A stretch of DNA of 63,809 nucleotides, the filler included, from Reclinomonas americana ATCC 50394 (taxonomy: Eukaryota): NCBI GenBank assembly GCA_048213135.1. It is 6 parts of 4 records of this genome, joined end to end, with 100 filler letters (N's around TTAATTAATTAA, not from the genome) between each part and the next. Parts side by side here need not be neighbours in the genome. Positions count along the whole stretch, not along the records: positions 46,034 to 51,830 come from PS015697.1; positions 51,931 to 55,871 come from PS015698.1; positions 55,972 to 61,393 come from PS015698.1; positions 61,494 to 63,809 come from PS015702.1; 2 more parts are not named here. The stretch is one strand, 5' to 3'. Positions within the stretch are counted from its first letter, which is position 1. Every line of letters begins with the position of its first letter. Shown here in pieces: positions 51,754 through 62,641 of the stretch. Made by a program: the position numbers and the translations under genes. The notes under the pieces were generated by a model. That model had not been told where the DNA came from and did no database searches. It saw nothing but the letters and a program-made list of their open reading frames with translations.

Positions 51754-51826
<73 letters not shown>
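51754..51826. repeat. (GT)n microsatellite at an intron start, breaking the contig
   Basis: Direct reading. Confidence 0.95.
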
Positions 51827-51828
<2 letters not shown>

Positions 51829-51830
51829 TG

Positions 51831-51930
51831 NNNNNNNNNNNNNNNNNNNNNNNNNNNNNNNNNNNNNNNNNNNNTTAATTAATTAANNNNNNNNNNNNNN
51901 NNNNNNNNNNNNNNNNNNNNNNNNNNNNNN
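51831..51930. other. artificial contig linker
   Basis: N44-TTAATTAATTAA-N44. Confidence 0.98.
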
Positions 51931-51971
51931 ATGAGCTGTGGAGCTTGCACTCACATCAACATGATGCGTAG

Positions 51972-54374
51972 CTGATCGCAGTGGCAGCTATGTTCGCGCG
52001 ATCAACATGCTGGCGATGACTGTGTCCACTCTGGCAGGCGGTTGGCCAACAGGCTCGTCCGATGGCATTGGTTCTGCGGCTCGATTCTTCTCACCAACTA
52101 GTCTTCAGCTTGATCGTGGACGAGGTGTCCTATACGTTGCTGATGTTGCGTCGCATTCATTTGTGTTATTGTAGAGATTTTGGGTCTGCTAATGCAATTA
52201 TCAACTGCAGAGGGCCAACAACACGATCCGCCAAATTGTCATTAGCACCGCAACTGTCACAACAATCGCCGGCGCTACCGTAGCTGGATCAGCAGATGGG
52301 AGCCCACTCGCAACTGCACGATTCTACCAGCCGGTTTGCATTGCCATTGCTGACCCACAACATGTTTGTGGAGCTGATTGTGAGTGCAGTATATGATGGC
52401 ATTTGACGCCACCACCGATACATTGTACATCTCAGGTCGGAGATGGCATCCGCAGACCAACTCGCTTTCGTTCTCCCTTTGCTGATCTTGCCTGCTTGCA
52501 GACTACAGCAATTCCGTCATCCGCCGACTCACCATCGGCTCCACCACTGTCACGGCCACCCCGGCCACCTCCGGTGTCGCCTCCAGCACCTCTCTCACCT
52601 TGTCACTCACATCACTCGCCGCCAACTGGACGTACTACTTCCGTGCCCTCTCCACGTCCACTGTACCAAGCACTCTCACCGGGTCAACCATGTCCTTCAC
52701 CACCTCCAACTCGACGCCGACCGACATTGTCTGCTCTGCCACCTATGTCGCACCGTCGACGGCCGCCATGCCCGTGTGTACGATGAGCACAACCGATGGT
52801 GATGCGGGCCAGTCGTACACTTACGCAGTCACCGGCGGAGCGAACAGCGGCGTCTTCTCCCTGGGCGGAGGAGGCGCGCAGCTACAGATCACGTCGGCGG
52901 GCCAGTCGGCGAGTCCGCTGGCCGTCTCGATTCGCTCGTTCGACAATGGGACGCCGCCCATGTTCGTCGACAAGTCATTCAGTGTGACGTCGGGTGAGTG
53001 GATGATTGAGACTGTTGTGTGTTTCTCGACGTGGTTGTTGATCTTGTCTTCCGGCAGTGAACAATGCACCGACGGCGGTAACGCTGAGTGCGAGCACGTA
53101 CATTGCACCCAGTGCGGTGGGCCAGACAATCGGCACGATGAGCACGAGTGATGTCAACTCGCAACAATCGTTCACCTATTCGGTGGTGGGTGGTGCGAGC
53201 AGCGCGTTGGTGACCATTGCGTCCGGCAATCAACTGCAATTTGTGAATGCGGGTGCGGTGGCGCCGCTGGTGGTGATTGTGCGCACGACCGACAACGGCA
53301 ACCCTGCCATGTCATTCGACCAGACGCTAAACATTGCTGGTATGTGCGATTGTGATTGTCTCATGCTGTTGTGATGCACATTGATGCTGATTCGTCGCAT
53401 TGCAGCACCCACTGTGACATCTCTGTCGGCCACCTTTGTGCCGGCTCTGGCTGGCCAAGTGGTGACGCTGACAGGAACCGCGCTGGTGAATACCTCGGCC
53501 GACACGTCGGCATACGTGTTGGGCACTCCGCTTTGTGCGGCCACGACACCGCCGACGGCCGTGGCCAGCACCAGCGTCAGCAGCACTTTCGGCAGCGCGA
53601 CCAGCATCACGCTGACGATTGGGGCGGCGGGAGCAGCTGTGGGCACGTACGAGCTGTGCACGCGATGGGCGCCAACCAAGACGTACCTGGCGGTGTCGGC
53701 GTTCGCCATTGGTGAGGAATGAGGGGAAGGGAGAGCGCAGGGAACATTCAGCTGTTGTTGTGCTTGTTTGTTTGTGTGTGGAGATCTAGAACTGTGCTTC
53801 ATTCCATTCATGTTATTCTTCCTTCTCTCTTCCCTCTCCCTCTCTGTGTATCTATGTCTGTGTGTATGCAAGCATGTGTGTGAATGAGTGTGTATGCTTG
53901 TGTCAGCTGAACGAATGAGGTGTGCAGGGAGTGTTGGTCCGAGCGACATTCTGCTGTCGGGACTGCAGACATATTCGAGTGCAACGGTGCCATTCACCGT
54001 GGGCGCACTGAGCATGGTGGATCTCAACACGGGACAGTCGCCGACATTCAGCATTGCGGGCGGCGTGCACTCTGCACTCTTCAGTGTAGTTGGTGGCAAT
54101 CAGCTGACGATCTCGGTGGCTCCGCCACTAAGTCGACGACTGCAAGTGTTTGTGCAAGTGAGCGACGGGGCGCTGACGTACACGAAGCAGTTCGCGATTG
54201 TGTATGGTGCGTGGATGGGGAGGGGGAGGGGAAAGGGAGAGGAATAGAAAGGATGTGGTTAATGACAAGGTTTGCAAGGCAGAGAATGATAAGGGGCGTC
54301 AAGCAGAGAGACATGCCGGTGAAGAGAGAATCTGGGGCCATAATGCAACGAACGGTAGCGATTCGAGTGAGTGG

Positions 54375-54410
<36 letters not shown>

Positions 54411-55526
54411 ATTGTTAAGGGCTTTGAGTGTGGGAGGGGCAAGATGCCTCGAGTCAAAAGGGCATGACTTCGAGTATCGGTTTCGAAGCGAAGAGTCGTG
54501 GGCAGGGCAGTGATATCAGAGGTCCACGACGTAAACAGCCTTTCGTATTGTCCACCACCTGACGTAGCTGATGGGTGCATTGGTTGTTTTGGAATATCAT
54601 TCTCTTCCTTATTCCCCATTCCACACACGTACGCATTCATATACACACGCGCTCTCTCTCTTGGCCTCTTTCATCCGACGATCTCAGTGATCAATGTCGC
54701 GCATGTGTTCTGTGTGGGAGATGGCGTTGACAATTGTTGGGCTTGGTGTGCAGCAATGAACCCAAGTTGCGCAGCGGTGCAGAATGGAGTGGTGGCTCGT
54801 TGCGTTCTGTGTGGGTCAGGTGTGCACTGTAATTGGCCGCCTCACTCTTCGTCATTCCGAGTAGCGGCACTGGAAGTGTGCTTGTTCGAGGCCGTGGATC
54901 GACCTGGTGGCACAACACTGGCTGTGTTGCCTTCTGTTTTTAGCGAGGTCGGGTGCTGCGAAATGTGCGATCAGTACTCCCAATGTCGATCGTGGACGTT
55001 CTTGGATGCTGCTGCGGCGTCGAACTCGTCAGGCGCGAGTGTGTGCACACTAAAGGCACGTGATCGGCGATCGAAGAAGGGGTATAAGGGAATGCCAAGC
55101 TGACATTCTTGTCGCATGCAGAGCACCGTGCCGCCAACGGCAGCCAATGCAGAGACCAGCAATGTGTGTGGCTCGCATTTCTGCTTGGTATCGGGACGCA
55201 AGACAAGTGTGGCTGCGTATGACAGCAGCGGCTTCCTGACCAGCACGGGTGAGTCCTCGCAGAGAAAAGAGATGAGAGAAAGAATCGGGATTGATGTTGG
55301 TTGCTGTTTGCATGCAGATCGACCTGGTGGCGATCTCACGTGGGCCATCAAGACGACAACCGGGCCACAAGCATGCTCACTGTGGTGCTCGCAGTTGACC
55401 GCCTGCGGCTCGTGGACATTCACAGCGTCAACAAAGCAGTGTGTGCCAAAGACAGGCGTGGTGGCGACGTCGACGATGACGGCGTGTGCGACGAGCGGCG
55501 ACTGCACATCGGGGTTGAAGATCTGA
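51972..55526 (+). CDS. multi-exon secreted protein, part 2: end of NHL block, Fn3-like half, cadherin-like and IPT-like domains, C-terminal PAN/apple domains
   Basis: LTSLAANWTYYFRA; SFDNGTPP; NNAPTAV…TTDNGNP; APTVTSLS…GQVVTLTGT; DRPGG…CCEMCDQYSQCRSWTF…CTLK; DRPGGDL…CSLWCSQLTACGSWTF…SGLKI*. Confidence 0.75.
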
Positions 55527-55578
55527 GTACAACTCTATGGCCGACCTCCACCATCACTACTTTGCAAGACAATTTCGC

Positions 55579-55609
<31 letters not shown>

Positions 55610-55871
55610 AGACGAGATAGAAACGCAGGACAAAATAGATGCTCCTTCAGCCTTGCATCTCTCTCTCTCTCTCTCTCTCTTTCTCTCCACTCCTTTCATT
55701 CAGAACTCGTGAGTTGCAGCGAACGACCAATGATGGATCTGGTTCAATCGATTTCGCACTCCACGCTCCCCTCATCACTCACTCAGCGGCCGCTACGGTC
55801 GCGCGTTGCTCGCCGTCGTCGGGTCTCCTCTCCTCGTCTGCTTCTTCTCCCTCTGTCGCCGTGGCACGGGG

Positions 55872-55971
55872 NNNNNNNNNNNNNNNNNNNNNNNNNNNNN
55901 NNNNNNNNNNNNNNNTTAATTAATTAANNNNNNNNNNNNNNNNNNNNNNNNNNNNNNNNNNNNNNNNNNNN
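55872..55971. other. artificial contig linker
   Basis: N44-TTAATTAATTAA-N44. Confidence 0.98.
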
Positions 55972-56269
55972 GAACAAGAAGAATAGGAAGAACACGAAGA
56001 AGAAGAAGAAGAAGAAGAACAGGAAGAACAAGAACAAGAGGAAGAAAAGAAAGAAGAAGAGGAGGAGGAGAAGGAGGAGGAGAAGGACGAGAGGAGTACG
56101 AAGCAGAAGAAGAGAGAGTGAAAGAGAGAGGGAAAGTGAGAAGAGTGTGCACAGGGGTATATTACAAGTGCGACAACATTACAAGTGCAGAGAGAGAGAG
56201 AGAGAGAGAGAAAGGAAGAAAGAAAAGAGTGATGCTTGTGAGCAGTGACAAGTGCTCATACACACAGTG

Positions 56270-56302
<33 letters not shown>

Positions 56303-56382
56303 TACTTGTGTTATCTCTGACAGAGACAAGTGTCTCTCTTCTCTTTCTCTCATCCTCTCTCTCTCTCTCTCTCCTCTCTTAC

Positions 56383-56542
56383 AAAAGGCCACGGAGTCTA
56401 TGCACAACTCAACTTGAGCAGCACTAAACTGCGCAAAACACGTGGCAAACAGTGGCGCAGCCGCAGCATAATCGCCCTCATTGGCCAACTGTTTCGCGCG
56501 CACAATGGTCGCACGTGCCTCGGCACTCAGCTTGCTTCCCAT
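56383..56542 (-). CDS. probable first exon of a TPR-like helical protein
   Basis: MGSKLSAEARATIVRAKQLANEGDYAAAAPLF…, then a GTAAGA donor and microsatellite-rich intron. Confidence 0.45.
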
Positions 56543-56624
56543 CTGCAGTCACAGTCACTGCTCTCAATACACTGTGTGTTATGCGTGGATGGATTCATTG
56601 GATTGATTGAGTGAGAGACAGAGG

Positions 56625-58359
56625 TCACATTTCGGCGAGTTGCAGCTCGTCGACCTGTGCAAAGTACGCTTGCATGCGCGTCACGTGGTCCTTGGAGCCC
56701 CATGCTGCGTTGATAGTGGTGGAGGAGGAGGAGGGTTTCTTGCCACCGCGGCGTGACTGGAAGACACCGCGTCGATTGGCAGCAGTGGTTGTCGTGGTCG
56801 TCGTCGTAGAGGGTGCGGTGGTGGTGACGGCCTTGGATTGTGCTGTGGAGGGAGGGGGGAGGAGGTAAGGGAAGGGGACGCAGAAAGGACAAGTCGCGAC
56901 AATCGATGGTGTTGCCGGACTCAGAAACTCACTGTCCACTGCTACAGCCATTGTTCTTGCTTTTCTGCAGCTGGAATTGTGGGATGGGAGCCCTGCATCT
57001 CCCTTGACGTGTGCCCTCTGACCATCTGTCTGTCTGCTCGTGTTCGTGTTGTTCTGTATGAAGTCCTTCGCCACCGCTGTTTGTCTCGAGCTTTCTGCTC
57101 TTTCTTCGCGTGTTATTGTCGTCACTCGTTCCTCTGCTTCTTTCTGTCTCGCGTTGTCATTCGCTGTCACTCTCCGTTCCCCGTCCGTTTCTTTCCTCAT
57201 TATCCCACTCTCCCTCTGTCTGTTCCTCCTCTGGACGTCGTGTCATTACTCATTCTCGTGCCTATGTCGCTCGCTCAATCGCTGCCTTTTTTTCTTTCTC
57301 GCGTTGTCATTCGCTGTCACTCTCCTTTCCCCGTCCGTTTCTTTCCTCCCTCCCCTCTGGCACTCTGCGTGCTCCTCCTCTGCACGTTGTGTCATCGCTC
57401 ATTCTCGTGCTTCTGTCAATTGCTCAATCGCTCAATCTCACTTTCTTCTCGCTTGTCATCCGCTCTCACTCTCCGTTCCCCGTCCGTTTCTTTCCTCATT
57501 CTCCTCTCTCACTCTGTCTGTTTTCTCTGCGTGTCACTTTCTCGTGTTCTTGTCAATCGCTCTCTCTCCATCCCCTTCTTTCTGCCCTCCCCCCTTCCCT
57601 CTCCCTCACACTCAACATCTCGTCGCCGCCGCCGACGCCACCGCCGCCTTCCTCCTCGCCGGCCGACGTCGACTCGACTCCTGCTCGCTCGCATCCTCGT
57701 CGCCATCATCGTCGCTGGCATCGGCGCTGCCCTCTGACAATTCGTCGAGCGACTGTGGTATCCTCTGCAGGCGAGGGGGGAAAGGGAAGAACGGTGAGTG
57801 AGGAGAGCGAGAAAGAGAAAGGAGAACGCAGTTCTGGAGGGGAACAGGAGAACGCGAGAGGCCAACGGGGAACTATCAGCCTACAGACAGGAACGGAGTG
57901 CACGATACGGGCAACTGATGTGGTCTACGCAGGGAGGGAAAGTGAAAAAGGGAGTAAGTATGAGCGAAGCAAACGAGCAAGAGAGCTCCGAACTCAAAAG
58001 CAGCAGAGAAGTAGGAGAGACGACAACGGAATAGAGACGAGGAAGGAAGAGAGGAAAGGAGGGAGAGAGAGAGTGAAGGGTGCAATGACACTAAGCACAC
58101 GAAACAAGCTTCTATTGTGACCAGGGAAAACGAAGGGGTGAGCAGGAGGAAGAGAGGGGGACGAGTTGTTTTTCTTGTTTCGTGCGCTCTATCACCCTTC
58201 TCCCTCTTTCTAGAGAGAGAGTGAAGAGGCAGGAAGAGTGCAAAGACACAGCGCACATGAAACAAGCGTCTTGTGAGGGAAGAAGAGACGACGAGAGTGG
58301 ACGAAGTTGTCAGTCTCTTCCACTCTCGATTCCTCTCTCTCTCTCATTCCTCTCTCTTC

Positions 58360-58449
<90 letters not shown>

Positions 58450-59013
58450 GACTCTCGCCTTTCCTTTCTCATCCCTGTTTCTCACTCTCTGTTCCCTCTC
58501 TCTCCCTCTCTCTCTCACACTCGCTCACTCTCCTCCTTCTCTCCTCGCCCTCCTCCTCTCCTACTCCCCCATCTGTCCCCCCTCCCAATCTCCCGCGCAA
58601 TCACACAAGACACCCACCCGCTTTGGCGAGCTCACTCGCCGCGCCACTCGTCTCCTCGTCATCACCGTCGTTGTCCCACTCGTCCCCCCAGCAACAGCAC
58701 CAGCAGCAGGACGCTTGCCCTTCACAGCCACCACCTCATTCTCCTTGTTGCTCCTGTCAACAGCGGCGATCGCCATCTCCACCTCAGCTTCTTCTTCTTC
58801 TTCATCCGCCTTCTCCTTCTTCTCATCCGCGACAGAGAAGAGCGGAGAGTGATCCCATGAGTCATCATCATCATCATCTCCTGTTGCTGCTCCCTTGCGA
58901 TGGCCCAAGAAGGTTTCCAGTGACTCCAACATTCCCTCCAGTGACGATCGCCCTCGTCGTTGTGTGACTGGCGAGGGTGAGAACACCGTCGCCACCGCGC
59001 TGCGTGCGCTCAT
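56625..59013 (-). CDS. multi-exon low-complexity protein with KEN box and Sororin-like C-terminal motif
   Basis: Exon 1 contains SNKENE; an acidic/basic exon lies at about 57620-57765; the last exon ends HVTRMQAYFAQVDELQLAEM*. Exon phases not fully resolved. Confidence 0.5.
58360..58447. repeat. (CT)n microsatellite
   Basis: Direct reading; intronic. Confidence 0.95.
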
Positions 59014-59102
59014 GAAAAAGCTGATTGAAGTGTTTGTGTTTGCGTGCGTGATGAAAGTGGACAGTGCTCGCGGGCTGTAGGCCTGGCCTACAGAACGTTT
59101 CC

Positions 59103-59589
59103 CAACAACTCATTCACCAGAAGCAAGCAACAGCTGTCTTGATGACCAAGTTCAACCGTATCCAAAACATCAACACAGACACCAATCTTGAGGCAGCAGC
59201 AGGCTCTCGGAGCTCCGAACAAGTCGAGAACTGTGGTCTTCGAATTCACTTGGAAGAAGCAGCCTCTCGGCGGCGTAATGAGTCCTCATCTCAAGAGAAC
59301 CTTGGATAGTGCAGGTGAGATACTCCAGCAGGGGATAACCAAGTACACTAATAGAAACAGCCGGCTCAAAATCAGAAACATGCAACAACCTCTCATCCCT
59401 AGAACCATCGCGTCGCTACTGCAGCACCCAGCTTCAAACGAGTCCAGCGTCTACGTAGGCCGCTGACACCATATGCGCCAACAACAACAACATCTCATTC
59501 ACCAACAAACAAGCAACAGGTCTCTTGATGACCAAGCTCGACCGATTCCAACACGTCAACACAACCACCAGTCTTGAGGCAGCAGCAGG
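59103..59589. repeat. two diverged ~100-bp direct repeats
   Basis: ctcattcacca…ttgatgaccaag…tcttgaggcagcagcagg at about 59103-59203 and 59485-59589. Confidence 0.8.
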
Positions 59590-60066
59590 TTGCTTGCNNN
59601 NNNNNNNNNNNNNNNNNNNNNNNNNNNNNNNNNNNNNNNNNNNNNNNNNNNNNNNNNNNNNNNNNNNNNNNNNNNNNNNNNNNNNNNNNNNNNNNNNNNN
59701 NNNNNNNNNNNNNNNNNNNNNNNNNNNNNNNNNNNNNNNNNNNNNNNNNNNNNNNNNNNNNNNNNNNNNNNNNNNNNNNNNNNNNNNNNNNNNNNNNNNN
59801 NNNNNNNNNNNNNNNNNNNNNNNNNNNNNNNNNNNNNNNNNNNNNNNNNNNNNNNNNNNNNNNNNNNNNNNNNNNNNNNNNNNNNNNNNNNNNNNNNNNN
59901 NNNNNNNNNNNNNNNNNNNNNNNNNNNNNNNNNNNNNNNNNNNNNNNNNNNNNNNNNNNNNNNNNNNNNNNNNNNNNNNNNNNNNNNNNNNNNNNNNNNN
60001 NNNNNNNNNNNNNNNNNNNNNNNNNNNNNNNNNNNNNNNNNNNNNNNNNNNNNNNNNNNNNNNNNN

Positions 60067-61020
60067 TCTTCCAGATTTTGGGGTCTGCATGCGTTTCACA
60101 ATAAGCGCGCTTGGGAAAAAGAGAGTGAAAGGATGAGTACGCACTGCAGCGCCTTGTACACGAGACAGCGGTCCTTCTCCTCGCCCACAGAGTAGCCAAC
60201 AAGAGGGACGATGCGACGGTTGCGAAGGCGCCCGAGGGTGGCCACCTGCGCGGAGCAAGAAGAGGATGAACGAAATTGTGAAGGTAAGACGAGGGAAGAA
60301 CAAACAAGACACGAACCTCAGCCTCAAATGACTCCATTGTCCACGGCGCGTCGCGGTCAAACACCTTGATTGCCACAGACTCTTCGCGAAGGTAGCAGAG
60401 ATAGACAGAGCCCTGACCTCCCTCGCCGACCTTGAGGTCCCGCGAGAACGAGCCAGTGGCTTGCACGATCTCAGACCAATCGAAGCGCTTCACCATGGAA
60501 TCGACTGCGCTCAAGACCACAGGTCAGAGAGAGAGCGAGAAAGAGACCGCTTTCCGATTCTCCTGACCTCTTGCCAAGATCAGCTCCTGGTTGAGCTGGG
60601 AAATCATTTGCTCCATTGCTTGCAGCTGCGCTGCGAGACTTTCTCTCGCACTCTGCGCCACGGCCAGTTCCGAGGCGATGCGATCCCGCTCAGACTGCAG
60701 TTGAGTGTAAGCTCGCTCCCAGTCCGAATTGGCCTGCTGGAGTCGTGTGTTGCCTTGCTGCAGCTCAGCGACGCTCCTCTCCAGCTGCGTGACCTGTTGC
60801 TGGCTCGACGTGTGCGCACGCTGCAACTGGGCCACAACGTCCTCTTGCTCGCGTCGCTCCTGTTGCAACACAACAAGGTTGCTCTGCAGCTGAACAATGG
60901 TTGCATCCTTTTCAGCAAGCTGGCGTGCCATTGCAGCGTCGTCGGGTGAAGGCTGCGGGAGCACAGACGGGGTGAGTAGCAAGAACAGGAGGATGTGGGA
61001 CGAATGCCGAGTGGCTCACC
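60067..61020 (-). CDS. coiled-coil plus RLK/Pelle/IRAK-like protein kinase, partial and multi-exon
   Basis: Heptad coiled coil; RFDWSEIVQATGSFSRDLKVGEGGQGSVY…VAIK…SFEAE|VATLGRLRNRRIVPLVGYS…RCLVY; the rest is lost in an N gap. Confidence 0.8.
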
Positions 61021-61293
61021 AGAAGTTGCGGAGCTGCAAAGAGAGGATTGTGAAGTCAGCATCAGAGGGGCGAGAGAGCATAACGAGAAAGGAAGGGAGG
61101 GAGAATGAAAAGGAATGTGAGGTGGTGATGGACGACGAGAGACAAAGAAGGGCAAACAGAGTGAATGGGAAAGAATACACAGCGAGGTGGGGAATGCGAC
61201 GGAGAGCGAGTCGGTGAACGCAGTGTGCAACAAAATAGAGAAGGTGGGATCAGAAAACTCAAGGTGAGCAAAAGACTGGCAAGCAGAGACAGC

Positions 61294-61295
<2 letters not shown>

Positions 61296-61344
<49 letters not shown>
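61296..61344. repeat. (GA)n microsatellite
   Basis: Direct reading. Confidence 0.95.
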
Positions 61345-61346
<2 letters not shown>

Positions 61347-61393
61347 GTAGAAGAACGAACGACGACGACGGAAGGAAGGAACGGAACGGACGG

Positions 61394-61493
61394 NNNNNNN
61401 NNNNNNNNNNNNNNNNNNNNNNNNNNNNNNNNNNNNNTTAATTAATTAANNNNNNNNNNNNNNNNNNNNNNNNNNNNNNNNNNNNNNNNNNNN
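61394..61493. other. artificial contig linker
   Basis: N44-TTAATTAATTAA-N44. Confidence 0.98.
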
Positions 61494-61504
61494 GAGAGTA
61501 GGAG

Positions 61505-61561
<57 letters not shown>

Positions 61562-61594
61562 AAAGAGAGAGTGACAGGCCGCGAGTAGGTGCGA

Positions 61595-61640
61595 TTAGGC
61601 GACGACTAAGGCGACGACTAAGGCGACGACTAAGGCGACA
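61595..61640. repeat. 12-bp tandem repeat (taaggcgacgac) x ~3.7
   Basis: ttaggcgacgac-taaggcgacgac-taaggcgacgac-taaggcgaca; degenerate copies near 61770-61800. Confidence 0.85.
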
Positions 61641-61647
61641 TTGATTG

Positions 61648-61704
<57 letters not shown>

Positions 61705-61924
61705 TGTGTGTGTGTGTGTGAGTGAGTGAGGGAGGAGAGAGAAAAGTAAAGAGAGAGTGGCGTGATTAGATGACGACCTAAGACGACGACCAAGGCGACA
61801 CTGAATGTGAGTGTGTGCGCGGACTGCTGACAACAGTGACAAGTAGTGCATCTCTTTTCTCTCCCCTTTCTCTCCCTTTTCCCCCAGACTCTCTCCCTCT
61901 CCCTTTCCCGCCTCCGCAACTCCA

Positions 61925-62157
61925 CTATTCTTCACCAACGGTTGCACCGCCGACAACGTATACACGGCATAGGCGCGCGCCAAATCGCCGAGAGAGCGCC
62001 ACGCAAACGCCCGCTCAGTGTTCGCAAAGTCAAGAGACGATGAAGTTGGAGAAGGCGAAGAGGTGGTGGAGTGTGCGCGGAGTGTCAAGGAGAGAGGTGG
62101 AGGCAGTGGTGGTGAGCGGAGAAGCCCACGTGAGAGGCGTAACATGGGCGGAGACAA
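61925..62157 (-). CDS. mitochondrial proline dehydrogenase, first exon
   Basis: Arg/Ser/Leu-rich transit peptide, then LDFANTERAFAWRSLGDLARAYAVYTLS…LVKNS, resembling the PRODH N-terminus. Confidence 0.7.
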
Positions 62158-62641
62158 ACGGAGAAATAGCGATCAGTGGGACGATAATTGCAAGCAGTCG
62201 TGTTGTCTTTCTTTCCATGTACGTAAAAGGAGAGTGGTGAGCGGAGAAGCCTGCATGAGAGCGATTATGGGCGATATTTGACAGTGTGAGATCTACGTAG
62301 ACGACTTATCATGATCGCGTTCGAATTCTCAATTGCAAGCTCTTCGTTTTTGTTGCCACCCGTTGTCAGCTTTAGTACAACAGAGAGTTCAATGGAGGCA
62401 TTGATGAGCGGGATACACGCGCATTCGTGCTGTGTTAGGAGGCGCGCGCAATTGCGTGCGACGTCGACGTCTTCTTTGTCGACGTCGACTCGACAGTTCA
62501 TCTTCATTCGTTGCGCTTTGTTGGCGTCATATATTCAGCAAGTGCCTGCCTCTTTCTTCCACGCAGCTGTCTCGCGCTGAGAGCATGAAGTTGAAGTTCT
62601 ATGACACTCTCCCTCCCTTCGAATTCCTCGCACGCACGCAC

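Noticed and set aside
57040..58967. Long Leu/Ser-rich plus-strand ORFs
   Set aside because: Translations of CT/GA microsatellites and low-complexity intron sequence.
61595..61640. Short repeats as a CRISPR array
   Set aside because: Head-to-tail 12-mers with no spacers, in eukaryotic intronic DNA; no cas genes in the window.
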